Below, piece by piece: positions 1 to 10,011 of a DNA stretch of 64,000 bases (its first letter is position 1; each line of letters begins with the position of its first letter). The translations under genes were made by a program, and so were the position numbers. The notes beneath the pieces are model-generated. The model saw only the letters and a list, made by a program, of their open reading frames with translations. It searched no databases and was not told the DNA's origin. The DNA is from an uncultured Planctomycetales bacterium (lineage in GTDB: Bacteria > Omnitrophota > Gorgyraeia > Zapsychrales > Fredricksoniimonadaceae), in the NCBI GenBank assembly GCA_964520655.1, contig CAZFNI010000003.1, positions 6,220 through 70,219 on the forward strand. The letters are read 5' to 3'.

Positions 1-132
1 GAACAGCTTAAAGAGCTTGTCCCGCAGGGCGGCGCGTTTTGCCGGGACGACCAGGACAGACGGGCGATCCTGTTTCCCACGCCGTGGTCATTAAAATATT
101 TCTCAGAGAAGAATGCTGAGGTAAGGCTTTTG
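1..132 (+). CDS. 3' end of an upstream gene (partial, 43 codons ending in TAA at 130-132); product unknown
   Basis: Frame 1 is open from position 1 to the TAA at 130-132 and lies 33 bp upstream of the next + strand gene; no recognisable motif. Confidence 0.25.
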
Positions 133-164
133 GATTCACCGTAATTCAAGAGAGAGGAAAAGCG

Positions 165-1121
165 ATGCTGCAGGCATTTTCTAACTGGCTGGTCTTTGAT
201 GTGATGAGTTTGGAACACGGCTCCATGATGGCTGATGTGATGGTGTATTTTGTTTATGATTTTATCAAGATCCTGCTGATGCTCTTTAGCATGATCTTTG
301 CCGTCGGTGTACTGCGCACGTATCTACAGCAGGAAAAGATCGAGCAGTGGCTTATCAAACGGGGCATCTGGGGCAATGTGATGGCCGCTCTTTTGGGGGC
401 TGTGACGCCGTTTTGTTCCTGCTCATCGATCCCGATATTTTTGAGCTTTGTGCGGACAGGCATTCCTTTAGGCGTCATGCTGTCGTTCTTGGTGACATCG
501 CCGGTCGTCAATGAATATTTAGTCGTGTTGATGCTGGGCACGTTCGGCTGGAAGATCACGCTGCTTTATGTCTTAAGCGGACTGATGATCGGGATCGTCA
601 CGGGCCTGATCTTGGGCCGAATGAGATTGGAGCAGTATTTGGTTACGGACATGAAACCTGAGGGAACTCAGAAATCCTCGTCCCGCGCCTACACGTTACA
701 AGCGCGGGTGGATTTTGGTTTTAAGGAAGCAGTGAGCATTGTGCGCAAGTTATGGGTTTGGATCTTAGTGGGGGTGGGGATCGGGGCTTTCGTCCATAAT
801 TATGTGCCTCAATCCGCGATCCAGTCGATATTAAGCAAGACGGGCGTATTTTCTGTCCCTATCGCGACGATCTTGGGTGTGCCGATCTACGGCAGCTGCG
901 CGGCGATCGTGCCCATTGCGGTTGTTCTATTTGAAAAGGGAGTTCCGCTTGGAACAGCATTATCCTTTATGATGGCGGTGTCCGCCTTAAGTCTTCCGGA
1001 AGCGGTCATGCTGCGACGGGCCATGCAGTTAAAACTGATCGTGATCTTCTTTGCCATCACCACACTAGCCATCATCGTGACTGGCTACTTGTTCAATATG
1101 CTGCAGAGTGTATTGATCTAA
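165..1121 (+). CDS. Polytopic permease, DUF318/YraQ-ArsP-like family (TPFCSCSS motif)
   Basis: 8-10 predicted TM helices; conserved 'TPFCSCSSIP' signature of the COG0701 / ArsP-like two-repeat permeases. Confidence 0.55.
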   Translation: MLQAFSNWLVFDVMSLEHGSMMADVMVYFVYDFIKILLMLFSMIFAVGVLRTYLQQEKIEQWLIKRGIWGNVMAALLGAVTPFCSCSSIPIFLSFVRTGIPLGVMLSFLVTSPVVNEYLVVLMLGTFGWKITLLYVLSGLMIGIVTGLILGRMRLEQYLVTDMKPEGTQKSSSRAYTLQARVDFGFKEAVSIVRKLWVWILVGVGIGAFVHNYVPQSAIQSILSKTGVFSVPIATILGVPIYGSCAAIVPIAVVLFEKGVPLGTALSFMMAVSALSLPEAVMLRRAMQLKLIVIFFAITTLAIIVTGYLFNMLQSVLI

Positions 1122-1155
1122 ATGGGTTAAGTCCACCCTTAGAATATTTTTATAT

Positions 1156-2673
1156 TTATCCGATGTATCCTCGTTCCGTCGCAAAGATCTCTTTTTCTTC
1201 CGGCTTGGCCTGAGGCAGTTTCTTTTTGATCAAGTCAGGCAGGTTACGCATTGTCATTTCTTTGGATTTGAGGACAGTATGCCAGTAAAATCTCATGCCT
1301 GACAGCGGCCGGATGCGGTAGAACAGCAATTCATTGACCATGGTCAAATTCCCCAGCATGCGAAAGACGATATTCTCCGGCCAGGACACTATTTTCTTGA
1401 ATAATGGTATCCATCTCGGCGAGAATTTGACGAATATCCAGAACAAGCAGGCGATGTTGCGGAATTCTTTCGCGTAAGGCGTGATCAAATTGATCTCGGT
1501 TGATTCCGCGACGTGTTTTTGAATGTCAAAATTAGGGTCGACAAAACCGTTCTTGACCGCGTAATCGACCATCGGCAGTCCGGGGAACAAGAGGAAGGTG
1601 TTGGCCCGGGTGTAATTAGATTTTAGTTTCATGTTCAGCGCGACCGTTTCAAAGGCCTGGTCCAGTGTTTCACCGGGCAGCCCGATCATATTGGTCGTCA
1701 GCATCTTGATCTTGCGTTCATGCAGCAGCTTGGCTCCTTCGATCATGTGCTCATTCTTAACGTTCTTTTTGATGACGACCGAACGCAATTCCTCGCTGCC
1801 GGATTCTAGACCGATGGCCACCCCGTAAGCGCCGGATCTGACCAGCAGGTCTGCCGAGTGTTGGACCACGGAATCATAGCGGATATTGCAGGAGTAAGGG
1901 ATGCCGATCTCTTTCGGGTATATGTCCGCGAATTCTTCCAGCCATTCATAGGCATTGCGGATAAAGAACAGGTCGTCGGAAAAGTGCACGTGCCGTAACG
2001 GATAGCGTTCTTTGATGTATTTGATCTCATCAATGATGCGACGCGGTGTTTTACGGCGCACGTAGTTGCCTTTGCCCTTGTACATGCCGCGGATGACTGG
2101 TTCGTGGCAAAAGGTGCAGGGATAGGGGCAGCCCATGCTGGCGATGAAACGCTTCATGGGGACGTCCCTTAAAAATGGATACTTATAATACAATTCCCTG
2201 TCGGGGAACGGCAGCGCGTTTAAGTCCGCGGTTGGGCGCATGTCATTTTGATATATTGTCCCGTCAGAGGTCTTGACATGGAGGTTAGGGATGCGTGTGA
2301 AATTCTTGCCCGCTTCCATCGCCGTGACAAGATCCAGAAATGCTTCTTCGCCTTCCCCCCGGCAGATGATGTCAATGCCGTCGTTATTCAAGACTTCAGG
2401 GGAGTATGTTGGATGAGGACCGCCCATGATCATGGGCACGTCAAAAATCTTTTTTAAACGCTGGGCTAACGTGATCAGCGAATTGTGGACGCCGGTAAGC
2501 GCGGAAAATGCGATGATCTGAGGGTTTATTTCCCGGACAGCTGATTCTAAGTCCGGCGTGTGGGTCATCAACAGAAGATCCGTTGAATGGCCGTGGGCTT
2601 TAAGCATCCCAGAAATATTGGCCACGCCGATCGATTCCTGGATGCCGTTGTTCTGGATGAAAAGGACCTTCAT
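1156..2673 (-). CDS. B12-binding radical SAM protein (class B rSAM)
   Basis: N-terminal cobalamin-binding Rossmann-like segment (MKVLFIQ...GGPHPT) followed by the CxxxCxxC radical-SAM cluster motif 'GCPYPCTFCHEP'. The ORF track begins at a GTG at 2709; ATG at 2673 (MKVLFI) is the more typical start. Confidence 0.7.
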   Translation of the reverse strand: MKVLFIQNNGIQESIGVANISGMLKAHGHSTDLLLMTHTPDLESAVREINPQIIAFSALTGVHNSLITLAQRLKKIFDVPMIMGGPHPTYSPEVLNNDGIDIICRGEGEEAFLDLVTAMEAGKNFTRIPNLHVKTSDGTIYQNDMRPTADLNALPFPDRELYYKYPFLRDVPMKRFIASMGCPYPCTFCHEPVIRGMYKGKGNYVRRKTPRRIIDEIKYIKERYPLRHVHFSDDLFFIRNAYEWLEEFADIYPKEIGIPYSCNIRYDSVVQHSADLLVRSGAYGVAIGLESGSEELRSVVIKKNVKNEHMIEGAKLLHERKIKMLTTNMIGLPGETLDQAFETVALNMKLKSNYTRANTFLLFPGLPMVDYAVKNGFVDPNFDIQKHVAESTEINLITPYAKEFRNIACLFWIFVKFSPRWIPLFKKIVSWPENIVFRMLGNLTMVNELLFYRIRPLSGMRFYWHTVLKSKEMTMRNLPDLIKKKLPQAKPEEKEIFATERGYIG

Positions 2674-2813
2674 AACTGGTGCGATTATAACAAAACGCAG
2701 GGTAATCACCTAACAAAAAAGCTTGGTTTAATTTGGTGCAGGGTTTTTTGTGTTTTGGGGTATAATGCTTTGTTTTTAACCAGGGCTTAAGCCCCAAGAG
2801 AGAGAAGGTTTAT

Positions 2814-4199
2814 GTGGTCAATGCGTCAAAAGATTTTAAGAGCGTTGGTTTAAGCCAGCCGGTCCTGGATAATTTGAAAGCATTGGGGTATCTTCAAATG
2901 ACCCCTATTCAGGAAAAGGGTTTGCCGTTTGTTTTAGGGGAAAGGGATTTTATCGGCCAGGCCAATACCGGCAGCGGGAAAACAGCCGTTTTCGCGCTTG
3001 GCATATTGACTAAGATCGACCAGAAAAACCCCATGCCTCAGGCGCTTGTGCTTGTCCCGACACGGGAGTTGGCCGAGCAGGTTGCCAATGAGATCCGCCG
3101 CTTGGCGCGGTTTACCAGCAACATTAAAGTGATCACCATATCCGGCGGTGCAGATGAGCACCATAAGATCAAGTCCCTCAAGCAGGGGGCGCATATTGTC
3201 GTCGGGACTCCGGGACGCGTCACAAAATTGTTGGAAACGGGGATCTTTATCGCCGGGGACGTTAAGATCCTTGTCCTGGATGAGGCGGACAGATTGCTTG
3301 AGATGGGCACGATCAAGGAGATCGAACACATTGCTTCCTTTATGCCGCTTAAACGCCAGACCATGCTGTTCTCTGCGACATTCCCTAACGGTATCAAGAC
3401 ATTAAGCGCCAGTCTGCAGGAAGATGCCGCCCAGGTGACCATTGATTCCCAGCATGAGACGGGAACGATCAAACAATTATTCTATAAAGTTGAAGAGCTC
3501 AAGAGTGATGCGTTGATCAGGGTCCTGGGGCATTATCGGCCGGAGTCCTGCATCATTTTTTGCAACAGCCGCGAGACATGTAACTCGGTGGCGGGCTTGC
3601 TTCGCACCAAGAAAATAGATTCTCTCCAGCTGCATTCTGACCTCACCCAACCGGAACGCACGCTGATCCTGATCAAATTTGATAACCGCAGCTGCCGTAT
3701 CCTTGTGGCAACGGATCTGGCCTCCCGCGGGCTTGATGTCAAGGATGTCCGCATGATCATTAATTTTGATCTGCCTTCTGACCATGAATTGTACGTGCAC
3801 CGCATCGGCCGCACGGGGCGCGCAGGACAGGAAGGGTTGGCGGTAAGCCTGTATACGCACAAAGAGCGCGGGATCCTGAGTTCTATCGGGACATATTTGA
3901 GAACGGAATGCGACACCAGGGAGCTGCATGACCTGGATAAATTAAAACCGGTCGTGATGAAACCGTTCATGACCACGATCTATATCAGCGGAGGTCGCAA
4001 GGACAATATCCGGCCCGGTGACATTGTCGGGGCGTTGACCAAGAATGCGGGGCTCACCGTTGATGAGATCGGCAAGATCCATATTTTAGAGGTCAATAGT
4101 TATGTCGGCATCAGCGTCGACAAATGCGCTCAGGCGGTCAAGGCTCTTTCAGAGGGAAAGATCAAGGGGAAAAAATTCAAGATAGGAAAAGCCACATGA
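2814..4199 (+). CDS. dbpA: DEAD-box ATP-dependent RNA helicase, DbpA-like (C-terminal RNA-binding domain)
   Basis: Q-motif TPIQ, Walker A 'ANTGSGKT', PTRELA, DEAD box 'VLDEADRLLEMG', SAT, 'HRIGRTGRAG'; C-terminal ~70 aa DbpA-type RBD ending 'GKIKGKKFKIG', which matches E. coli DbpA's C-terminus. Confidence 0.75.
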   Translation: MVNASKDFKSVGLSQPVLDNLKALGYLQMTPIQEKGLPFVLGERDFIGQANTGSGKTAVFALGILTKIDQKNPMPQALVLVPTRELAEQVANEIRRLARFTSNIKVITISGGADEHHKIKSLKQGAHIVVGTPGRVTKLLETGIFIAGDVKILVLDEADRLLEMGTIKEIEHIASFMPLKRQTMLFSATFPNGIKTLSASLQEDAAQVTIDSQHETGTIKQLFYKVEELKSDALIRVLGHYRPESCIIFCNSRETCNSVAGLLRTKKIDSLQLHSDLTQPERTLILIKFDNRSCRILVATDLASRGLDVKDVRMIINFDLPSDHELYVHRIGRTGRAGQEGLAVSLYTHKERGILSSIGTYLRTECDTRELHDLDKLKPVVMKPFMTTIYISGGRKDNIRPGDIVGALTKNAGLTVDEIGKIHILEVNSYVGISVDKCAQAVKALSEGKIKGKKFKIGKAT

Positions 4200-5287
4200 A
4201 AAAGATCAAACGCATCGGTATCTTGACAAGCGGCGGGGATTGTCCGGGTTTGAATGCTGTCATCCGGGCGATCGTCAGAAAAGCGACCCAGGAGTTGGGC
4301 TGCGATATCATTGGTTTTGAGGACGGGTTCGAAGGTCTGATCTTTAATCGGCATCGCAAGCTGGATTTAGAAAGGGTTTCCGGCATATTGACCCTTGGTG
4401 GTACGATCCTGGGAACCTCTAACCGCTCAGACCCGTATCGGTACCCTGTTAAAGAGGGGCTTAAACCCGTTTATAAAGATGTATCTAAAATGGTGATGAA
4501 GAACATCAAAGACCATAAAGTAGATTGTTTGGTTTGTATCGGCGGGGATGGGACCTTGACCATTGCCAACCGCCTGGTTAGGGAAGGAGTGCCGATCGTG
4601 GGCGTTCCTAAAACCATTGACAATGATGTCATGGGTACCGACATTACGTTCGGTTTTGATACGGCGGTTGGTATCGCGACGGAGGGGGTCGACAGGTTGC
4701 ATACGACAGCACAATCCCATCACCGGGTGATGGTCATTGAGGTCATGGGACGCAGAGCGGGATGGATCGCGCTTCATGCCGGCTTGGCTGGCGGCGGAGA
4801 TATCATTTTGATCCCCGAGATCCCCTACGATACGGTCTTGATGGCGGACTTGATTAAGGAACGAAGAAAAAGAGGCAAAAGATTCACGATCATCGTTGCG
4901 GCGGAAGGGGCTAGATCAAAATCCGGGCAGGAGATCGTTAAGGAGAAGGTCAATGATCCCGCTGATCCTGTGCGGCTAGGCGGCGTCAGTTTTGTTTTGG
5001 GCAAAGAGATCGAGCAGCGCACGGGTATCGAAACCCGTAACGTGGTTTTAGGGCATCTGCAGCGCGGTGGCACACCGTCGGCGTTTGACAGGATATTGGG
5101 AACACAACTTGGATGCAAGGCTGTTGAGCTGATCGCCAATAATGACATCGGCTTCATGGCCGCGGTCCAGCAGAACTATATGGTTAAAGTCCCTCTAACA
5201 GCAGTCGCTCAAGGCCAAAGAACAGTCCCCGTCGATCATCCGCTGATCAAGACAAGCCGATCGATCGGGATAAGTTTTGGTTCATGA
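4197..5287 (+). CDS. pfkA: 6-phosphofructokinase
   Basis: N-terminus 'KRIGILTSGGDCPGLNAVIRA', 'GGDGT' and 'MGR' motifs of the PFK family. The ORF-track start at 4124 is upstream of the likely ATG at 4197 (MKKIKRIG), which overlaps the dbpA stop. Confidence 0.8.
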
Positions 5288-5404
5288 TCATTTTGCCGCG
5301 TTCTTCAATGATACGATCTGACTATTGAATCGTTGATCCTGGATCAATAATTTCTTATTCCATCATTGTCATCTTCTATTCTCTGTGTTTGAATGATATA
5401 AAAT

Positions 5405-5935
5405 ATGGGCTTAAGGTCTCTTTTAATATATATCCTGCCTTTGTTGATCGTACTCACGATTTATTTATATATACGTCAACGACGGGCACAGAAGGATCTG
5501 GCTTTGCAAAAAGAGCAGGCGAAAGCCGGTTTAACAGAGCCGGCATCTCTGCACCCGATCATTGATCCATCCAAATGCCTTGGCTGCGGATCCTGCGCTG
5601 ATGCCTGTCCGGAGAAGAACGTCCTTGGTATCGTTGATGGGAAAGCGGCATTGATAGCGCCTACCCACTGCATCGGCCACGGGGCATGCAAGACGGCCTG
5701 TCCGATGGATGCCATCACCCTTGTTTTTGGCTCAGAAAAACGCGGGGTTGATATCCCTCTGATCCATCAGGATTTTCAAACCAATGTTCCCGGTGTTTAT
5801 ATTGCCGGGGAGTTAGGCGGCATGGGGTTGATCCGCAACGCGGTCACCCAGGGCCGGCAGGCGATGGGGGCCATCGTTGAAATGGTCAAGCGGAAAAAAA
5901 ACGGTTTTGGAAACCGTGGAGTTGCCGCAGGATGA
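5405..5935 (+). CDS. Membrane-anchored 2x[4Fe-4S] ferredoxin-domain protein carrying only the C-terminal tail of a pyridine-nucleotide oxidoreductase (possible remnant)
   Basis: N-terminal TM helix; two CxxCxxCxxxCP clusters (CLGCGSCADACP, CIGHGACKTACP); then 'VPGVYIAGELGG...' typical of the C-terminal GD-motif region of FAD/NAD(P) oxidoreductases, with no FAD/NAD Rossmann core. Confidence 0.45.
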   Translation: MGLRSLLIYILPLLIVLTIYLYIRQRRAQKDLALQKEQAKAGLTEPASLHPIIDPSKCLGCGSCADACPEKNVLGIVDGKAALIAPTHCIGHGACKTACPMDAITLVFGSEKRGVDIPLIHQDFQTNVPGVYIAGELGGMGLIRNAVTQGRQAMGAIVEMVKRKKNGFGNRGVAAG

Positions 5936-7601
5936 AGCCGGTTTAATGGAACAGGCCAAAGATGCGCTGGCCCAAGGCGAGAATGACCGGGCGGTTGAGA
6001 TCTACTTGAAGGTGCTTCTGACCGCCAGAGAGCCTGTGAAACAGAAGGCCCAAGAGTTATTAGGTCTAGCGCGTGAGCGCAACGGCCAGTTCGCTCATGC
6101 CGCCGCAGAGTACAAGAAATTTTTAGAAAGCTATCCTCAAGGGCCTGATGCCGACCGTGTGCGCCAGCGTTTGGCGGGGCTGGTGACAGCTGAACAAAAT
6201 CCCCAGGAAGCGTTGAAGGAACCATCGAAAACGCCTTTGGAGGAAATAGGGGGGGCTAAAAAAGGCCGCCAGGATACGCGCATGGCCAGCCAACCGGGGC
6301 AAGGCTGGTCGTTCCAGCATTTTGGCAGTTTTTCTCAGTTCCTTTATTGGGATAAACTCAAATCTCACGGCGGGACATCAAGATTAACTGTTAATAACCT
6401 TACCAATGATCTTGACTTAAGCGGCAAATGGAAAAGCCGGCAGACCGATGTGGGTTTTCGTTTTACTGGCGGGACAACACAGGCATTCGTGGAAGGAGCG
6501 CATGATGAGGACAGGGTCAGTGCCTTGTACGCGGATGTTAAAGTTAAGGACAAGGGGCTTTATGCCCGCGTGGGTCGCCAGTCATTGTCGACCGGCGGTG
6601 TTTTAGGTCGTTTTGACGGCATACATGTATCGAACATGATCAACAAGATGATGAAATTTAACGGGGTATTCGGATTCCCCGTTGAGAGTGTCAGGATCAC
6701 GGACATTTTGGCTAAAAAGAAGTTCATCGGAGGCAGCATTGATTGGGGTCCGTATTTAAAGCGCTGGAATTTCAATACATTTTTCATCAACCAGAATAAT
6801 AATGGGTATACGGACCGCCGGGCAATCGGTGGGGAAGCCCGATATTTCGACGCGACCAAAGCGTTGTTCTCCCTGATCGATTATGATGTGTATTTCAAGC
6901 AGATCAATATCGCGATGTTCAACGGCCATTGGACATTGCCAACCAAAACGACGTTTAACCTCTCCGGGGATTACCGTAAAAGTCCGCTGTTGATGACCAC
7001 CAATGCCATCCAGGGGATGGGCGCCAGCGAGATATCGGATTTAAAAGACCGTTTCTCAACAAAAGAGCTGCGGCAGCTGTCCCTTGACCGTACGAGCAAC
7101 AGCAAATCCATGACCGCCGGCATAAGCCAGGATATCAGGGAGAATTTCCAGTGGAACTTGGAAGGATCGGTCTCGATCATTGAAGGTACGCTGACATCTG
7201 GCGGGGTGGACGGCACTGAAACGGTCGATCATCCTGACTACACCACAACGACCGGTTTTGTCCTAAGCCGCGTGTTCAAGGATGATGACGCATTGATCAG
7301 TAATTTCAGTTTTACCGATTCATCGACAGCCAAGGATTATTCCATGAACGTGAATGTCCGCTATCCGTTGACTCCCAAGGTCCGTGTTACGCCGAAATTG
7401 ACCATGGGATACCGTGATACGAAACAATCAACTGATCATCGCTGGCTCCTCCGTCCGACGCTGCATTTTAATTACAGCATCACCCGGTCCATTGATTTTG
7501 AGATCGAGGGCGGCGTTGAATGGATCACCGAAAAGGCCTCCGGCGCCAATCAACGCTCTACGGAAGGTTTCATCACCACCGGTTATCGCATCAGTTTTTA
7601 A
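5877..7601 (+). CDS. TPR-like N-terminal segment plus outer-membrane beta-barrel-like protein with C-terminal Phe; no signal peptide, start uncertain
   Basis: C-terminus '...TTGYRISF' with alternating hydrophobic beta-strand pattern, typical of OMP barrels; N-terminal ~100 aa TPR-like helical repeat; overlaps the preceding ORF by 59 nt in another frame. Confidence 0.45.
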   Translation: MKWSSGKKTVLETVELPQDEAGLMEQAKDALAQGENDRAVEIYLKVLLTAREPVKQKAQELLGLARERNGQFAHAAAEYKKFLESYPQGPDADRVRQRLAGLVTAEQNPQEALKEPSKTPLEEIGGAKKGRQDTRMASQPGQGWSFQHFGSFSQFLYWDKLKSHGGTSRLTVNNLTNDLDLSGKWKSRQTDVGFRFTGGTTQAFVEGAHDEDRVSALYADVKVKDKGLYARVGRQSLSTGGVLGRFDGIHVSNMINKMMKFNGVFGFPVESVRITDILAKKKFIGGSIDWGPYLKRWNFNTFFINQNNNGYTDRRAIGGEARYFDATKALFSLIDYDVYFKQINIAMFNGHWTLPTKTTFNLSGDYRKSPLLMTTNAIQGMGASEISDLKDRFSTKELRQLSLDRTSNSKSMTAGISQDIRENFQWNLEGSVSIIEGTLTSGGVDGTETVDHPDYTTTTGFVLSRVFKDDDALISNFSFTDSSTAKDYSMNVNVRYPLTPKVRVTPKLTMGYRDTKQSTDHRWLLRPTLHFNYSITRSIDFEIEGGVEWITEKASGANQRSTEGFITTGYRISF

Positions 7602-7699
7602 GGGGCATTGATTTTAGTTTATTTATTACGCCTTTTATGAGATATTATCTTCTTCGAAGGTGATCTTTTAACGTGATTGAATAATATAGGAAGGTTTAT

Positions 7700-8908
7700 A
7701 TGATCTGGATCATTCTTGTGTGTGCCATTGTTTTTAGCGGCTGCCAGCAGCAGCCTCAGGAGCGTCATTATACAGAGATCGTTAACGAAGAGCCTCAGGC
7801 GGCGGCTTTAACTTCCAGCATGGACAATGACCCTCATGCGGGCATGGACATGGCGTCGATGGGTATGGGAATGGGCATGGGGATGGACGCTGGCGCAGCC
7901 GGGGGTGATTTTACCTGGGATCTGCCGGATGGGTGGCAGCAGGAGCCGGGAAAAGGTTTCCGCCTGGCGAGTTTTCATCTGGTGAGCGATGAAAAAGCCA
8001 TTGACGGGTCAATTGTGAACCTAAGCGGCGTGGCCGGCGGTTTGGAGGGGAATCTAAAGCGCTGGATGGGACAGATCGCCATGGAAACATCCGCGGAAGA
8101 CCTGGCCCGGTTGATCGCCAATGCGGCTGAATTCAAGATCAAAGCATTAGGGTCAGGCAAAGTCTTTGATTTCACGACCGTGCAGGAAAAAGGCAAGTCT
8201 GCTGATAAGAGCATGATCGTTGTGATGGTTGGTCTTCCTGAGTCGACCCTGTTCGTCAAGATGACAGGGACAATATCGACGATGAAAGCGCATAAGAACG
8301 ATTTCTTAAAGCTGGCGGCATCGATCAAAAGATCCGCGAGCCCCAAGGCGGCTACGCCCAAAATGGCGGATATGGCCAAAGGGGCAACGGATCCCCACGC
8401 GGGGATGAATATGGGCGACCCTCATGCGGGGGTCGACATGTCGGCCATGCGCGCGGATCTGCCGGTACCGACGCAGAAATTATTGGATTGGGAGGTTCCC
8501 AAGGGATGGAAACAGGGTGCTGGTCACCCCATGCGCCTGGGGACATTTCAATTAGAAGGAGACCCCAAAGCCTTTGATTGTTCTGTTATTTTATTGGGAG
8601 GTGATGCTGGCGGCGTGGAGGCAAATTTATCCCGCTGGATGGGGCAGGTCGGTGTTGCTCCCAATCCGGACAACTTGAAAAAAGCATTATCCAAGGTGCA
8701 GTCGATTAAGACCAAGGGTGGTTTGGATGCGAATGTTTATGATATCAGCGCTCTGCAAGGGGATGAGTCATCGGCGAGGAGTTTGATGGCGGGCATGATC
8801 AGCGTCGGTGGATCGACCATTTTTATCAAGATGACCGGGACCGCAGGCGTTATGCGCAAGGAGCGGGAGCATTTTGCCGACTTTATCAGGTCTTTTAAAC
8901 GCATATGA
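7700..8908 (+). CDS. His/Met-rich lipoprotein with an internally duplicated ~130-aa domain
   Basis: Lipobox 'IVFSGC'; motifs DPHAGM(D/N)M, a (GM)5 run, and two homologous domains (res ~75-215 and ~265-400) sharing 'DGS/CSVI.L.G.AGG.E.NL.RWMGQ...F.KMTGT'. Confidence 0.55.
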   Translation: MIWIILVCAIVFSGCQQQPQERHYTEIVNEEPQAAALTSSMDNDPHAGMDMASMGMGMGMGMDAGAAGGDFTWDLPDGWQQEPGKGFRLASFHLVSDEKAIDGSIVNLSGVAGGLEGNLKRWMGQIAMETSAEDLARLIANAAEFKIKALGSGKVFDFTTVQEKGKSADKSMIVVMVGLPESTLFVKMTGTISTMKAHKNDFLKLAASIKRSASPKAATPKMADMAKGATDPHAGMNMGDPHAGVDMSAMRADLPVPTQKLLDWEVPKGWKQGAGHPMRLGTFQLEGDPKAFDCSVILLGGDAGGVEANLSRWMGQVGVAPNPDNLKKALSKVQSIKTKGGLDANVYDISALQGDESSARSLMAGMISVGGSTIFIKMTGTAGVMRKEREHFADFIRSFKRI

Positions 8909-10011
8909 TCTGGTTTAGACGCCTTAGCTCATCTTATATCACCGTCATTTGTTTGCTGCTGTTGTTGATCCTGACCTTCTGGGGGACAGTTGCTCAAGTA
9001 CAGCAGGGGCTCTATGCGGCCCAGGAGCGTTTTTTTAATTCCTTATTTTTTCTCGCCGGCGGTATTCTGCCTTTTCCTGGTGCCCAGCTTGTCTTGTGGG
9101 TATTGTTCGCCAATTTGTTGGCCATGTCCGTTCTCACCTTTAAGAAATACAGCCAGTGGGTCAACTCAGGATTATTGATCACGCATCTGGGGCTGTTGTT
9201 GTATTTTGTAGCGGCGTTCATGGTCTTTCATGTCTCTCAGGAATCCGTCGTGCGTTTGGCTGTTGGAGGACAGACCAATGTGTCCTTATCCTATCATGAC
9301 TGGGAATTGGCGTATTGGAGCGGTCAAAGCAAAGAGCGTCAGGTCACATCGCTAGACACGGCTTATTTAAAGCCGGGGCATGTCATGCCTTTCTCTAATA
9401 AAGATACCGTGATCACAGTGAAAGAGTTTTTTCAAAACAGCGCTGCCTACACGGGTACTGAGGAGGGTAAGATATCCCGGATCGTCAATGCCTCCGGGAT
9501 CACGCGGATTGTGGCCAAACCGCTGTTGAAAGACAAGGAACAGAATGCTGCGGCGGTCAGTCTGGATGTAAGGGATAAGTCCAAATCCTATACGGTGATC
9601 CTGTTTGGCATGGAGGACCGCCCAACAGCGGTCGAATTAGGTGGTCAGATATATTATTTTATCCTTCGCCACAAGTCTTATCCGCTGCCCTTTAAGATCA
9701 CTTTAGATCAATTCAAGGCGGAATTCCTGCCGGGCACGTCCATGGCCAAGAATTATGAAAGTAATGTGACCATCGACACGGGGACGATAAAACGGCAAGC
9801 CCGCATTTATATGAACAATCCGTTGAAATTTAACGATTACACTCTTTATCAATCGTCCTATGATACAGACAGCACCGGCCGCCAATATTCGACGCTGGCA
9901 GTGGTCAAGAATTTTGCTAAGGTGCTTCCCTATATTGCTTGTTTGGTGGTCTTTGTTGGATTGGCGCTGCACTTTTTGATCCAGGCATTTCGAACGAAAG
10001 AGAACCCATGA
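8905..10011 (+). CDS. Cytochrome c biogenesis system II protein ResB/CcsB-like
   Basis: N-terminal TM helices, ~220-aa soluble domain, C-terminal TM; ATGA-coupled to a CcsA homolog. Confidence 0.6.
   Translation: MIWFRRLSSSYITVICLLLLLILTFWGTVAQVQQGLYAAQERFFNSLFFLAGGILPFPGAQLVLWVLFANLLAMSVLTFKKYSQWVNSGLLITHLGLLLYFVAAFMVFHVSQESVVRLAVGGQTNVSLSYHDWELAYWSGQSKERQVTSLDTAYLKPGHVMPFSNKDTVITVKEFFQNSAAYTGTEEGKISRIVNASGITRIVAKPLLKDKEQNAAAVSLDVRDKSKSYTVILFGMEDRPTAVELGGQIYYFILRHKSYPLPFKITLDQFKAEFLPGTSMAKNYESNVTIDTGTIKRQARIYMNNPLKFNDYTLYQSSYDTDSTGRQYSTLAVVKNFAKVLPYIACLVVFVGLALHFLIQAFRTKENP

Noticed and set aside
2934-3976. Four minus-strand ORFs (131-150 aa) inside the dbpA coding region
   Set aside because: They are antisense to a well-supported DEAD-box helicase gene, have no motifs, and have Arg/Ser/Pro-rich composition typical of shadow ORFs.
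7850-7900. Short tandem nucleotide repeats (ggcatggg/aatggg) that might suggest a repeat array or CRISPR
   Set aside because: They are inside a CDS and encode the (GM)n stretch of the His/Met lipoprotein. No spacer-repeat architecture and no cas genes.
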